NCBI GenBank assembly: GCA_964035545.1
Contig: OZ037770.1
Coordinates: forward strand, 12,328,642 to 12,392,641
Source: Bugula neritina
Lineage: Eukaryota > Animalia > Bryozoa
Direction of reading: 5' to 3'
DNA length: 64,000 bases
The stretch's first letter is position 1. Each line of letters starts with the position of its first letter. Below the pieces are notes generated by a model. That model was not told the origin of the DNA. It saw only the letters and a program-made list of their open reading frames with translations, and made no database searches. Made by a program: the position numbers and the translations under genes. Shown in pieces: positions 24,636 to 38,451 of this stretch.

Positions 24636-27432
24636 GACAATATCCTTTACAAAGTAGAGTAGTTACTGATACTTCTGAGTACAGCTACTGGAATATAATA
24701 TATTCTGTGTAGTTCCAGTATCTAACAAACATCAATACTTCCACAGTCAGTAAATAAATGATCACTCGTTTATGAAAACAAAAACTATTGTAATAGAATT
24801 GGCTTAGAATCACCAACTCAACAGAGAAACTGCTTTTTACTGAATGGTTGATGAGAGAGAGTAGAGTTAAGTGAGCCGTGGAAATACTGAACAGCTTGAT
24901 GGTGGAAAGACGTAGGTCCAAATCACTGGGCGTGTCAAAGAGCACCTGTTGGTGCATGACGGAATGAACCATAGCGTCAGGGAGATTAGCTAGCATGTCA
25001 TGCCGATCAACCTTCTAGCTCTAGTAGTAACTATTTTACCATTTAAAATCTTAAGTCATAGCATAAAATACTTTCAACAGCCTACGAATTAGCAATGCAA
25101 GAAGTGACTATATCCAAGTTTACCTGTTACCTAGTCAGAAAATTCATACCCTGCATGTGTCAAATTTGGCAAGTTTTCCACTATTCACTTCCTTAAAGCA
25201 TGGAATTACAGATGAGGTATATTTTCCAAAATATTTAATAATATTTTCTAGAATATATTAAAGCTGTGGACAAATATAACAAGTAACCAGGTGAAAAGTT
25301 GATGGGAGAATAGACCAGACGGACATATTTACAAACTGCAAAATAGTTGGAGAAGTTACCCTCTTTCTTGACACTCTTAGCAAGATGTTATTTTTAGACA
25401 CTCCTGAAAAATCTATTACTAGCGTAAATTAGCTAAATGTTTATAAAAACTTTGAAACTACTACGCTGAATTACCTATGCCAGTGCATGAGTCATGATTA
25501 GGTGGAGTAAAATATCAATTGATAAACAGGTAAATAAGCGGAACTATATCATAAAGCAAAAATAATAGTATCAAGGCTAACTTTTAAACAGCTATGATGG
25601 TAAAATAGACAGCATTGCCTGTTGAGCAAATATATCAAATTTAAAATAAAAATAATTGCAGTTAAATAGAGAAAAGTTGAAATAAACTAGTTGCAGAAAC
25701 TTCATTTGTTATTGAGATGTTTAGTAACCCAACCTAAATTATTAGATATTCCACAAATTAATGCTGCAAACTAAACTTTTAAAAGCTTTTATAAATTTTA
25801 CAGCATCATGAAAAACAAGGCTATAAAATGCACAATTAAGATTAAGCAAGCCACAGTATAATATCTTACATAAGTTAACCAGACTGTCTTATTACATTGT
25901 CTACTTGAGCAGGGATTGAATTTAGGTCACCACTGGTTGGTAGAAAGAAGGATTAGTGGTTGGATTATGTGATTAAAATTGCCTACAGCTAATCTAAAAA
26001 TCCCCTGCATTACCTGTAATCCAAGAGGGTGTGCATTCTCCACGGTATTTAAACGTAAGGAGTACCCAACATTACGTCTAAGCTGTACACCTTCATAGTA
26101 TGAGAAGTGTAAGATTTCAGGCTGCAAAACCCAATACTATTGTTTTTATTAATCCAATTATACCAGCTGTGGTTGACAGAGAGAAAATCAACTTTTACAC
26201 TAGAATGGCTGTAAACAGAGGCATTACATAATGAGTGACAATTTGTCTAGTGATAGCCAATATCACTCACGTATCAATAATTACTATACATTGGTTACTA
26301 TTTATATTGTATGTATTCATTCACTTCTTCAAATAATTCACCACAATGCAGCATCATATGTAACACCAAGTGTCTATGGTATTTATTGTTTATTATTAGC
26401 CATCAAAGTGATCGATGTCCAATACAGAGAGATCAAATCAAATTGCATTTAGAAGTTGTCTGCTATACAATAATCAGCAAACTATGCTTCAAAGTGTTTG
26501 CAGCTACTTTATTCAAAACATCGCCAAGCTTCTGAAAATGCCTTTTGCCGGCTACAAACTTCAATCTTTAGCTAATATCGCAGTTATAGACTTTTGGCAG
26601 TCTTTTAAAATCAATTATTATAAAATCTTGATGGCTTGGTTTACCCATCAGAGATTCTCTTCCACTTATTAACTGAGCTAATTAACAGCTTGATCTCTAG
26701 AGGCAAAGCTTTTTAATAAATGCTTTGGTTCTGAATTTCTTTTGCTAACACTCAAATGAAACCAGAAAGTGTTATTGCTCAAAGACCATAACTAACTTAC
26801 AGAATCATTTTGAAACTTTTGAACAGCTTTTAATTTTAATATTTGGGTATCGTAGCAAACTGATATTTTGTCTTCAAGAAAGTAAATCTACTAATTTGCA
26901 GAAATCATTGAGGTGGGTGCAGTAATTGAGAAATTTAGAAAAGCCTGTGTTCTAGATTAGAAACGTAGCATAAGAAGTTATGTTCTTGCAAGAATTCCAA
27001 CCCACGCCCAAACCAAAATTTAACAATAATATTAAAGAACTTAAGCTATCTCAATTTTTCCACTACTACTGCTCCTAAATGAATTTAATCAGCAAGGATT
27101 CAACGCATTTATTTAAACATTGGCATAGTCTAATATGCAACATGGGCAAAACACAATGCATACGACTGACTACACGAGATGCCCTAAAAAGATTTATGCT
27201 CTTTAGACATAAGCTGCTGCCTGACATAATATGGTGATAAATTCTTGGTGTGCTGCTACAATACCATGACAACAAACTGAATATATCACTTTCTCCATTG
27301 TATATAGCTAATGAGTGGTGTCCACTGACATTGCTCTATTGTATGTCACCAACACCTGAAAAATATTAGTCCAGCCTCCTTTGTGTATACTTGACTTTCA
27401 CAGTTTAACTGAACTAATAACTGAAAAATAAT

Positions 27433-27510
27433 TGTCCCCATTATGATTCGAACCTGAAACCTCCGGCTTGCAAGCAAGTGTGCTAACCATTACACCACGG
27501 GACTACTGGG
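27433..27510 (-). mobile_element. tRNA-like SINE head / tRNA pseudogene, family B (related copies at ~27828-27896, ~33954-34030, ~8916-8985)
   Basis: Reverse complement has A box TGGTGTAATGG, CTTGCAA loop and B box GGTTCGAATC, but the anticodon and T stems do not pair; the tail ctactgggtaaac is shared with the 27828 copy. Confidence 0.65.
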
Positions 27511-28204
27511 TAAACTCATCACTACAATAACTTTAAAAGCTTTGAGTACGCAGAGTTTGGAGTTGACTGCTCATGTTATCTAAGAAAACTGTTATAGCTA
27601 TTTCAATTGGATAATTAGATTTATAGAACAGTGTAGCATTTTACAATCGCATAAATCAAATTTTTTAAAATTATTCTTTAGTAAAATATTTGAAAACTTC
27701 TGGGGGGATGCACAATCAAAATATAGTCTCTAATAGTAAGTTTAGTTGTGTATGTAGTCAGTAGTGACTGTATATTATGTGATCTTCTATGTGCTAACCA
27801 TGTTATTCTGAACCATATACAACTTTTGCCCCTACTGGGATTCAAACCCAAGACCTTGCAAGCAGGCCATTACACCATAGGGGCTACTGGGTAAACATTA
27901 CAATTAGTAGGGCAACTCCCATCTGCTTAGAGAAAAGTATGTATAATATTAAGAAGTGACCGAAACACAATTATTAAGATTGTAGTTACACAAAAGTTGA
28001 AAATTCTTTGAGCAGTAACAAAACATGGCATCTCTAAAAAACCAAAAATGTATTCTTTACTTTTATATTGAAACTGTGATGCACACAATATAATCTATAT
28101 GATATGATTAAGTAATGCCGGTCTCTCCATTCATTAATGCCATCAATGATGAAGGTTGGTGCATTAGCAGAGGTCTTGATGTGGGAAAGACTTGAGTGTG
28201 CATA

Positions 28205-28435
28205 CACATCCTATATACTTACATAGTATATGCACTTACAGCATATATGCATACATAAAAGATGCATTCACAGCAAATATACTCACATAGTAAATGCATA
28301 CACAGCATATATACTTACGTAATATATGCATACATAACATATATACTTACATAATATATGCATACATTACATATATACTTACATAATATATGTATACATT
28401 ACATGTATGCATACATAACATATATACATACATAG
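28205..28435. repeat. ~22-bp AT-rich minisatellite (ACATATATACTTACATAATATATGCAT-like)
   Basis: Degenerate tandem units. Confidence 0.75.
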
Positions 28436-29028
28436 TAAGAGTTGACACAAGCTAGACTAGGATGATTAGTATGAAGCAGCAGTTACTATTCTGCAAAAAC
28501 CTACCCACCGTTAAAATTTTCATAATAAATAAACTCACAGCACTAATTCAATAGTGGGAAGATAACTTCAACAAAAGTCTTATTTACACACTACAAGCAC
28601 TGACTCACCAACATGGATATAATATACAGCATGTAGACTACGGTCCAACAGATCAGATCTAAGCTGAAGGTTCATAAATATTTTAACTACAATAATTCAA
28701 TTTACAATGCATGTATTCAATCCGTTAGCAGCCTATAGATTTCATTTCAATATGATTTGTTCAAGTTGACTGAAAATGATAAATAGCTATATAATTATGA
28801 AAGATTTATCAATAATTACAGCAACTAAAAATCTCACGCATGAGTCGAAAGTCTTCTTCACCACTACCCTGACCTAAAACCTCTTTCACATGTTTCCAAC
28901 CCATATCTTGTAATTTATCATTTTAGATTACCTCCAACACTCAACACTTTAACACTAAATTCAATAATGTGCCTGAGGAGTGCTAAAGAAGCACAATAAA
29001 ATAAAATCTAATTAAATTGCTTTTTTTC

Positions 29029-29192
<164 letters not shown>

Positions 29193-29874
29193 CACATATA
29201 TATGGTGCTTAAAATCAAGCTATATTGGTGATAGAGCCAACAAATGAAGTTCATTGCACTGGATCTCAATGGATTTCATCATATAAGTGTGTTACTTGAT
29301 GCAAATTAGCTAAATATATTGTAGAGCATTCCTTTTCACTTTTATTTCATGTTACATGTTTAATTACATTTTAAAGTAAAAACATTGCGATGAATGTTAG
29401 CACTTTTATAAAAACTAATATATTTAAAGCGAAATAGATCTTTGTCCTTTTGTAACTACGATCAATATTGCATTAACTTCTGCTTTCTGTTAATTTATTT
29501 CTGCAGTCCATTACCCTAAAAAGCATCAAGTTAATGAAGTGAAATGTCAGCATGAGTATGGTTCAGTTAGTTTAGCTAAAGATCTCCCTTCCTTCAAACA
29601 CTACTAAAAAGCTTGAGGAAATGCAATACAGGTTTCTGAATGGAAAAGTTGGTAAGCTGGAGACTTTTTATAGCTAGTCCTAGTTTCTTATATATTATTA
29701 TATGTATTAAAATTAAAGTTACAACAAAATTGCAAAATAAAAATCAATGTATTTAAATTGTACACTTCAAGATAGGTGTAGTGTTTTGAATGTTTATGGC
29801 ATGCAATAGAGTTGTTGGTTATTACTGCATCAATCAGATGATAAAAAATTGAAGTTCGTTTTTTACCAACTGTG

Positions 29875-32481
29875 ATGACCATTGTTTTAAATATTTTTGC
29901 AGTGGTGTTGGTACAGCTTACAGCTCTGGCTGTATCTGGTTACCAGACTGTCCTCTACAAAAGTTATGTCATACCAGAATCTCTATCCAACATTTCACAA
30001 CATGGCTCTGGGACAGCCATCTCTACCAGCTACTGTGGCTTTGATTGCATGAGAAGAGAAGAATGCAATGGATTCACATATGATTGGCTAACCAAGAAGT
30101 GCTCTGTTAAAACATGTGTTAACCCTAATCTGTATTTTGAAGGACAGGGAGATGATTCTGATTTTTACATCAGAGCAGATGTTGGAGAAAGATTCAGCAA
30201 CTTACTGGCTAGCAGTGAGTATATTTACCTTGATCTTCTTCTGGTGCATTAAAATCCTCAGTAAAAGAGCTTAATATCACTCATTGTCAATTTTTTATTC
30301 TTAGAAAATTGTTCTGATACGGAGGCAAAACCGAAATATTATGGTTGAAATAATATAATTTATCTATAAGGCACTTTTGATGACTCTATAAAAAAAATTA
30401 TGCAGTCAAAAAATAAAAACTGTTGATATTATTGAAAACTTTAGTAACCTACGTACTAACCATGGGTGACTCTATTTATTTGTACTGATTTACACGACTT
30501 TTAATTAAGCTAATTTGAAAAAAATTCTAGCTTTATTTTTCAATAAATGATCTTTAATAATAACTATTACAAATCCCGGCAATAATTAAGAGGCTTCATT
30601 ATTACTTAACAAAGTTTCAAATTTTAAAGAAATACGAAGTCAAATAAAATACAAAGTTGTTTTTGCCTAAAATCAAATCCATGCTGTGGAAAAATGTCCA
30701 ACTTAAAATTACTTAAATGTTGTAAAAAAAGGAGCAAAGATGTCATCAGTCTATATAGATGTGAAAACATTGAACACATTTGAAGCTGAAAAGGCTGTTG
30801 ATGGAATCTATGAAACATCAGATGGTTCAATGGCACACAGTAAACATGAGACTAGACCCTGGTGGAGAGCAGACCTGGGAGATGTACACTGTGTCTGGGC
30901 TGTCAACATTCTCAACAGATATAGAAGTAAGCCAAACTGCCCTATGGCTGATAATAATATAGGGGAGGGGGGGGGGGGGGTGCACAACGGTTAGAGGGGT
31001 ACAAAAAGCCGGCCAAATTGTGAAAGAACTTATTGACTTAGAGTTGTATTTTTTTTTTGATAGAAAGGTATTGGCATAATTATTCAGCCAATGTAGTTTC
31101 AACACTTGCTGGACATACTTGTTGAAGAGGCAAGTAAAAAAACTGTTACCTACTTTTTGTAAATTTCTTAGGATGTTGTTAAAGCTTTAAAACCTTTTAC
31201 ACTCAAAGGTAACAAGCCTAGATTTTACTGATATTATTGCCATTGCTTGCCTCTACATTGCTCAACTAGTGTAACAGCAAACTCTAAAATAAATTTTCCT
31301 TGAGCCACATTTATTTTCAATTCGGCCACATGGGGCACTTTTATTAGTTTGTTTGCCCAAAACAGTGGTTAAAATGTTACTAAAACCTATAGATATAGTC
31401 ATTTCTGACCTTTTTGTAAAATATCGAAGACACCATGGTAAGAATATCAAACTACAAGGTGAAGCTCAATCAACATATACATCTGGTGAAGTTATAGCTT
31501 TGCCATTTCATACATAATACAAAACACTCTGCTGTTGCTACTAGTGGGCAGTCATGATATTCATTATATATTATATCATTGAGGGAATATACATATATTT
31601 GACTAAAATAAATTGCGATTTGCTCATTTGCTCCTCCCCTCTCCCTCTGCACCAATTATAGATACAGTTCATAGAAAAAAATCCACTCAAAATTTTGTAG
31701 TATATGTTACTAAAGCTTTTCTGATAAAAGTTCCTGTGAAGTGAAAATAGAAAAACGTTTTTAGTCCTAAACAGTAATAATAATGGCACCTTAGAAATGA
31801 GTGATGTGCGTTTGGTTTTGCCTTCCCCTGCTATCCGTGGTGGCACAAACTGTACAGCTAAAACATGAATTTTGCTGTAGATCTGAAAGAATATTTTTAT
31901 TTATTTGTAATATTAATCAAATAAAGATCAAATGCAACAAAATCAGCAAAGTTTCAATATATTTGTTGTGTCCCATTGTACAACGGTACCGGGCACAATA
32001 TGCCGATTTTTTCGTCATGAAAATTTCATTATTCTGAAAGTTGTGAAAGAGATAGAAACAACAAACTGATACCTGTAATAGACAACAGATGCAGCATTAA
32101 GACTAGAGATTATTGACTTAGTAACTTGAAAAACAGACGAATAAGAGCAAAAAATTTAAATTTCGATTCGTTGTGCCCCCCCTTACCCCCACTTTACAGC
32201 TGTTTTCTCAGGTGTCTGCTTATATATATATATATATGCTTTTAGAAATAGAATACAGCCAGAGAGCAATTAACACAGAAGTAACAGTTGCTATGGTAGA
32301 GGAAGATATTGAGTTTACTGGATCTAACAGAGAAGTTCTGTGTAAATATGTTGATGGTTATCTCAACCAATACTACACTCTGGTTACATGTGATCAACCA
32401 ATCAGTGGCCGCTTTGTCCAGATTCTGTTTAATGCCACAACTTGGTTAAATCTTTATGAGATTGAAGTTCATGGCTATTAG
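29875..32481 (+). CDS. Secreted PAN/apple + F-type lectin (fucolectin) domain protein, 3 exons
   Basis: Exons 29875-30214, ~30726/30732-30926, 32246-32481. Signal MTIVLNIFAVVLVQLTALAVSG (the start could instead lie in an upstream exon using acceptor 29901). PAN pattern C-x3-C-x5-C-x-GF-x-Y-x6-C. F-type lectin motifs AKMSS, AVDG, AHS..E..PWWRADLG, VNILNR (His-x26-Arg), C...TC..PISGRFVQI...LNLYEIEVHG. Confidence 0.88.
30961..32190. mobile_element. Probable non-autonomous TIR DNA transposon filling intron 2 of the F-type lectin gene
   Basis: Inverted ends GGGGAGGG..GGTGCACAAC / GTTGTGCCCCCCCTTACCCC; internal GGGCACAA/TTGTGTCCC repeats; no transposase ORF. Confidence 0.5.
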
Positions 32482-32556
32482 GAGTTGGAGGCTAGATTAG
32501 GGATATATTAATCCCACATGAACTCTCATAATCTGTGTTGTGAATATGCTGTCCGT

Positions 32557-32814
32557 CTGTTTTCCAGTCCTGATAAAAATTAATTCACTCAGGCTTGTAA
32601 CTGTCATTGAGATGAGTTGTGCTATAAGCAGCTCCGAACTGGGGGTGAATGTGTGCAGTAGCTGGGGGTCGTCATGTTTAAAGTCAGAGGGGGACCCAAC
32701 TTCAAACTTGAAAACCCCAAACTGCTGCACTAAGTCACCCCTAACTCAATGCTGCTTATAGAACATTTCCATTGAGCAGGTTAACTAAGGCGCATTTATC
32801 AGAATCAAGTACAG
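32557..32814 (+). other. Long imperfect fold-back (inverted repeat) just downstream of the F-type lectin stop codon
   Basis: Collinear nested pairs CTGATAAA/TTTATCAG, CTATAAGCAGC/GCTGCTTATAG, GGGGGTGA/TCACCCCT, GTGCAGTAG/CTGCTGCAC, TGGGG/CCCCA, TCATGTTTAAAGT/ACTTCAAACTTGA. Confidence 0.85.
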
Positions 32815-33429
32815 TGGCCTAAGTCTAGAGTCTAGAAAAAGCAGTAGGGAGACGATGCACCCTCTCATGTGGCTATCAATTACTAAAGAAAAAGCTTTAA
32901 TCTTAGTGTATATTATCTAAATTTTATTGTACAAACTGAAGATTTGTGAATTTTACGATAAAGAAGCTCTAATGCTACTTTTGATAACTTATATGTAAGT
33001 GCTTATTGATTTTTGCTAGTGCATTATGGTAATTAAATATACATTTCATATAATAAAACATTGTGTTCTTTGGATGTCGTAATAAAAGCTGTTGATGCAG
33101 CAAAAACGCTTTGTTTTATGAATGTTACATTTTCAACAAAATAATTTATCTGAAATCCTTAAAACTTTCTTTTGTGCAAAGCCGGATTTGATTTTATTTA
33201 ACACATTTCAATCTAGGCAAATCCTCACCCTAGTTTTTTTTACAGTTTTAAAGCGTCTGACGAAATTAACGATAATTTTGCCTAATATAGAGTAAGTAAG
33301 CAACTTCATGTTCAAGTAAAGATTTCAATTAAACAAAATTCAGAAGTACATTTTTAAAGAATTGCATCGTCATTTCATGGCTTTTCTCTTGTAGAATATA
33401 TGGTTTTTATTGCTGTTGATAGTTTAACG

Positions 33430-33700
33430 CAGGGGTGCCCAACCTTTTCCGATCGAGAGCCACTCAAGGGAATATTCCATGGCAAGGTTAACAGAGTAAC
33501 AGCGGCAGTATTTTTCAAGCTATTTAATTCCAAATTTTTATGAATCATTACACAATGAAGTCCCAATAATTACTGCAGCTGCATGTTTTGTAGCATGTGT
33601 GTAAATAAGATATTTAAAAGGTGGCTTTTTACTCTATATCCTGTATCTTTTAGAAAATAATTTTAGTTCTAAATGCTCTTGGGGGCCACATAAATGTAGG
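33430..33700 (+). mobile_element. hAT/Charlie-like transposon end fragment
   Basis: CAGGGGTGCCCAACCTTTT...GAGAGCCAC and GGGGGCCACA, typical of hAT termini; no matching second TIR found. Confidence 0.5.
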
Positions 33701-36700
33701 CTGTTTAACAGCACACATATCACATCTTGTTACAACTGATTATTACCACATGTTGCCTTATAATCTAAGGAGAAATTAGTCCCAAGAATTACCATTCGTG
33801 TCAGTGGGACTGCCTACAACGTCCCAAATTCACATAATTTCCCAATTGCAAGTCACCTAAATAAAACCAGATTTATCAGTCAACCTCATTTTCTCAAAAG
33901 TTATCTAACTCAAAATATTTTATAGTTTGTACTAATTTATGTAAGAACTTCTGTCCACACAGGGAATTGAACCTCATGACGCTTCTAAGCTTGCAAACCA
34001 GTAGTGCTTTCACTATAGGAGCCATAACTGGGGAATCCCAACACTACAGAATTCATCATGGAATAAGTGGATCATTTGGTGCAGCCAGACTATGTCATTG
34101 CCATTAAGAGTTTCAAAACAATCTGGTAGAATAATGATCCTTGCTTATGTTCTAGAAGCTTCCTTGTCAAAAGTTAAATTATATAAAATAAGTGGTCAGT
34201 TGCAAGCTGAACCTGTCATAGAAACAATCATCTTAACAAGTAAGTTCTGTTCTACAAATGACTAATAAGTAAATAAATAGCAGTTTGAGTTTACCACGAA
34301 AGCTGTCAGAAGTCTCTAGAAGGCAGGAGTTGAGATAATGTTTAATAAATCGGACAAAATGAAAAAAATTGTGCATAATTGGCAATGTAAAGAACTTGAA
34401 AACACCAATTACGCCTAAGAACTGACATTTAAATGTCGAAATACCCAAATGGGGGATGGATTACACACACACACCAAGTTTTAAAATGAAACTGGAACCC
34501 TTGAAAAAATTGTCAAAAACTCAAGCATTTCTTCACAAATTTATATAAAATTTCTATTTTTGAATTTTCTACTAACTAATTTAAGTAAACTGAGCGCAAT
34601 TTGCAGATACAGATATAAGTTTTTACTGCAGCGAGTCATCAGTTTGAAAACTAACCATATACACTAATGCAGCATTTTCTACACGCAAAATCCAGCAAAA
34701 CTTACTTACTATTTCAAAATACTTGTTAGAAAAGGTATCAGTGATCAGGGTAAAAATTTAAAACTTGCTAGACTACATGCTGACAATATTAATTATCTGA
34801 AGCTCTCATTGTTCCCAATAAAAAAGAAAACATTTAGATTAATGCTTGTCAAATATTATTGTCACTATTTAAATTATTGCTTGATACTTAATTATAAGGA
34901 AAGTGAAAGGAACATTGAAAAAGATCTAAAAATAATGTTAAATAGTAATTATTTGGATCTTTCTTATTAAAAAGTAAGTTACCAAAAACAAATTTAATAA
35001 ATAGAATAATGCTATTGCATGATGATTATTACACTGAATTATTCTTTAGGTGTAAGTAAAATTCCAAAATATCAAAACAGTAACAGGACAGTAAATATAC
35101 TTACCTTTACTTACAGTACATTTATTACTAGAACCAGATGCCTGCTATGAGATGAGAAGACAACTCCAGATAATTTACTACACAATATAGTTTACTAGAC
35201 ATAGTTCAACTAAAACTACCTGCGGTTTATGAAAAATCATAAAGTAATATTTATTAGCCGACTCTTACTTCCTTCGAATTCAGATTATTTGAGAGAAAAT
35301 TTAATTGGTAATATATGCTTTAACATTTATCCTGAGAAATTCACACTGCAAGATATATTATGCAGTATATTCGTAAATGGCTTAAAATAAAATTCAATAT
35401 AACATGTAACTTAAAATAAAAATAGAACTCTCTAGAAAAACTCTAGACTTACAAATCCAAGCTTCAAAGTTTATAGTCCTATCATTCATTGTTATCACTA
35501 TATGATTTTGATGCAATTTCCACGATTTACTATACTAGAAAATGGTCATTTCATCAATATGGTTTCAGAAAGTTTCAGCAAAGCTATAAAGAAGTACTGG
35601 AATAAGTGGAATTTACTGAAAATTTTTAGACAGTGTGGTTTCTGATTGCTTGAACATGGTTCAAACTCAACTAAAAATTGATCATAACTTGGATTTCTTT
35701 CTCTGCTAAATTGGAATAGTTGTAGAGAAAAAATTTGTGATAAATTGATACAGGCTGACTGTTTAGTTAAAACCACTGATTAAACTGCTGATGGGACGAT
35801 TCACTAGCTCTACACAACTAAAATTGTCATCTTTTTAAATCATAAACGCAATCAATTTACTTCTGAACATATGTAGTTATATATTAATCATTATTATATT
35901 CCTAAATTTATATTAGAACAATTTCTATTCAAACATTGATTGTCATACTCTGTTTATCTATTGCAGTAAAATTAGCAAAGATCTCTTAACATGAAATATT
36001 CAGAGCATGATCTCTTCTGTGTCAATTCAAGTGAAGACATCAAGTAACTGTTTCTTATTATTTCTAAATACAGATTTCAGTTAAAAGAAGAATATAGTAT
36101 GATAGTATGATAATAATAGCCATAGTTATGTGGAACAGCCTACAAAGGGGTTTCCATTTACAAGCATCTTCATCTGGTGGCTGAAATGATCTTGTCATCA
36201 TAAATGAGCTTCAAATATAGAACATTTACCTGCTTTCACACTTTCAACAAATTATAAAACTGTCTTTATTTGAGGCAAAATCTACCAGGTAGCTACCGTG
36301 TTGACTGTGGAAGAAATTATCGCCTCAGAATTCAAGCTATTCTTAACAAAATATAGTGGTGGGTTACTAAAACTACTGAGTCACGTATGTACCTGATTAC
36401 ATCGACAAGATAATGCAGCTAGTCTAACAACATGTATCTTATGTTAGTGAGATGAATCATATGTAAGTGAGCATGCAGTAAATTTTGCTCTAATGAAGGA
36501 TTTTTTGGTAGTTATCTTCTCTAGATATATATAATCATTATTGTATTAATCACACTCAGGTTTAACAAATTTTTAACAATAGTTCAAAGGTTCTTTATAT
36601 GAATCTTGGTAAACGTGTAACTACCACTTTGTGCAATGTGAAAACATAAATGAAACTTTTCAATTAGAGAGAAAAGTTTGATTCTGGGATGTGTTTTGAC

Positions 36701-36931
36701 AATCTCACTGACTAAGAACAAATACTAGCATGTCAAAAAGTTGAACACAACATGTGGCTGACACAGATAATACTTTGCTCTTTGCCTTTATAATAATATT
36801 GATGTCAACTTTGTACTGTAAAAAATCACAACTGGTATAACAATGCCAGGAAGTGCTACTTGAATTAGCACTTTTTGCACAGCTGAAATAATGCACTGTG
36901 TGAAACATAGTGATGATTAAAGTAAAGATAA

Positions 36932-37265
36932 TGTAGTAACAGTAGCAGTAGTAGTGATAGTAGCAGTAGTAATAGCAATAGCAGTAGTAATGGTAGTAGT
37001 AGCAGCAGTAGTAATAGTAATAGTAGCAGTAGTAATAGCAGTAGTAGTAGTAACAGTAGTAGTGGTGGTGGTAGTTGTAGTAATAGTAGCAGTAGTAATA
37101 GCAGTAGTAGTAGTAACAGTAGTAGTGGTGGTGGTAGTAGTAGTAGCAGTAGTAGCGGTGGTAGTAGTAGTAGTAGTAGTAACAGTAGTAGTGGTGGTGG
37201 TAGTAGTAGTAGCAGTTGTAGTAATAGTAGCAGTAGTAATAGCAGTAGTAGTAGTAACAGTAGTA

Positions 37266-37308
<43 letters not shown>

Positions 37309-37385
37309 TAGTAGTAGCAGTAGTAGTAGCGGTAGTAGTATTAGTAGTAGTAGTAGCAGTAGTAGTAGTAGTAATTATAGTAGTA
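36932..37385. repeat. Degenerate (AGT)n microsatellite
   Basis: Direct reading. Confidence 0.97.
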
Positions 37386-38451
37386 AATAACAAAGTTGGT
37401 CTTTTAGGTAAACAATTATATGTAAGGTATTATTACGTGAACGTATATATTTATATATAATAATGTACTAGCTAATATTGGCAAACAGAAATTATTTAGA
37501 CTCCATGACATGCATAAAGAGGCAAGTACGAAAAATACATGTGCACTTAGAACAAAAATTTAGATCAAAAGATCCAACAGAATTGAACATGGCTGCTTAA
37601 GATCCATAGATAAAACAGTTACAGACTCAAATGAAAAAGCTATCTTCAGATGGTAAACATTACTTCTGTTCAAGACTAAAATTAATGCTTAATTGACTTT
37701 CCTTTCTCTATTAAGTGTAAACACGGCACCAAATCGATTACTACGCCATTTTGAAAGGTTATGAATATTCAGAGTGACGTATGGTTGTTACAAATTATAT
37801 CATTCAGTTGCACCAAACTATAGCTGAGTATAAGAATTTTTCCTCAGTAAACTTACAAATAACCATTACTGTGCTGATAGGATCAAGTATTGTATACAAT
37901 TTTTACATGTATTCATGATCTAATGATGAACATTTTTCTTACAAAGAATCGGAAATATAAGTTAAGTTCCACGACAAATTTATATTAATAAGTTGTAAAA
38001 TTACATTTTTAAAATACATCGTCATATTAAACTGTATATTACAACATGAAATTTGTACATAAAAGCATTTTCCTTTCCAGCAGAAAGGAAAAGACCAAAA
38101 CACTTACTTATATATCACGTGCAAGATTCTTACAGTCCCGATTAATGACACTAAGTTTTGAGTAATTCCAATAACATTCTGCTGTTCCTTAATGCTAAAC
38201 TAATGTGTGTGACGTGACACACCAATCTAGTTCACTAATAGTTCTATTAATAGCTCAAGTGACACACAAATGATAGACTAAGCAATATCCACAGACTTCA
38301 GTTCTTATCTCACATAGATAGTTAGTAATAATTCGGAGCTCATCTGACCACCTCTTCAACAATTCTATTATACAGTACTCAAGAGTTAATTTACTTATTT
38401 CTAGATACAACAGTTTTCTGGTTTGAGAGTTCAAAGACTGAGAATATAGCC

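Noticed and set aside
27433-27510. Functional tRNA gene
   Set aside because: Anticodon and T stems cannot pair; several degenerate copies with a shared tail indicate SINE or pseudogene.
36917-37460. Mucin-like poly-Thr ORF (also 48761-49000)
   Set aside because: Trinucleotide microsatellite with no splice-linked context.
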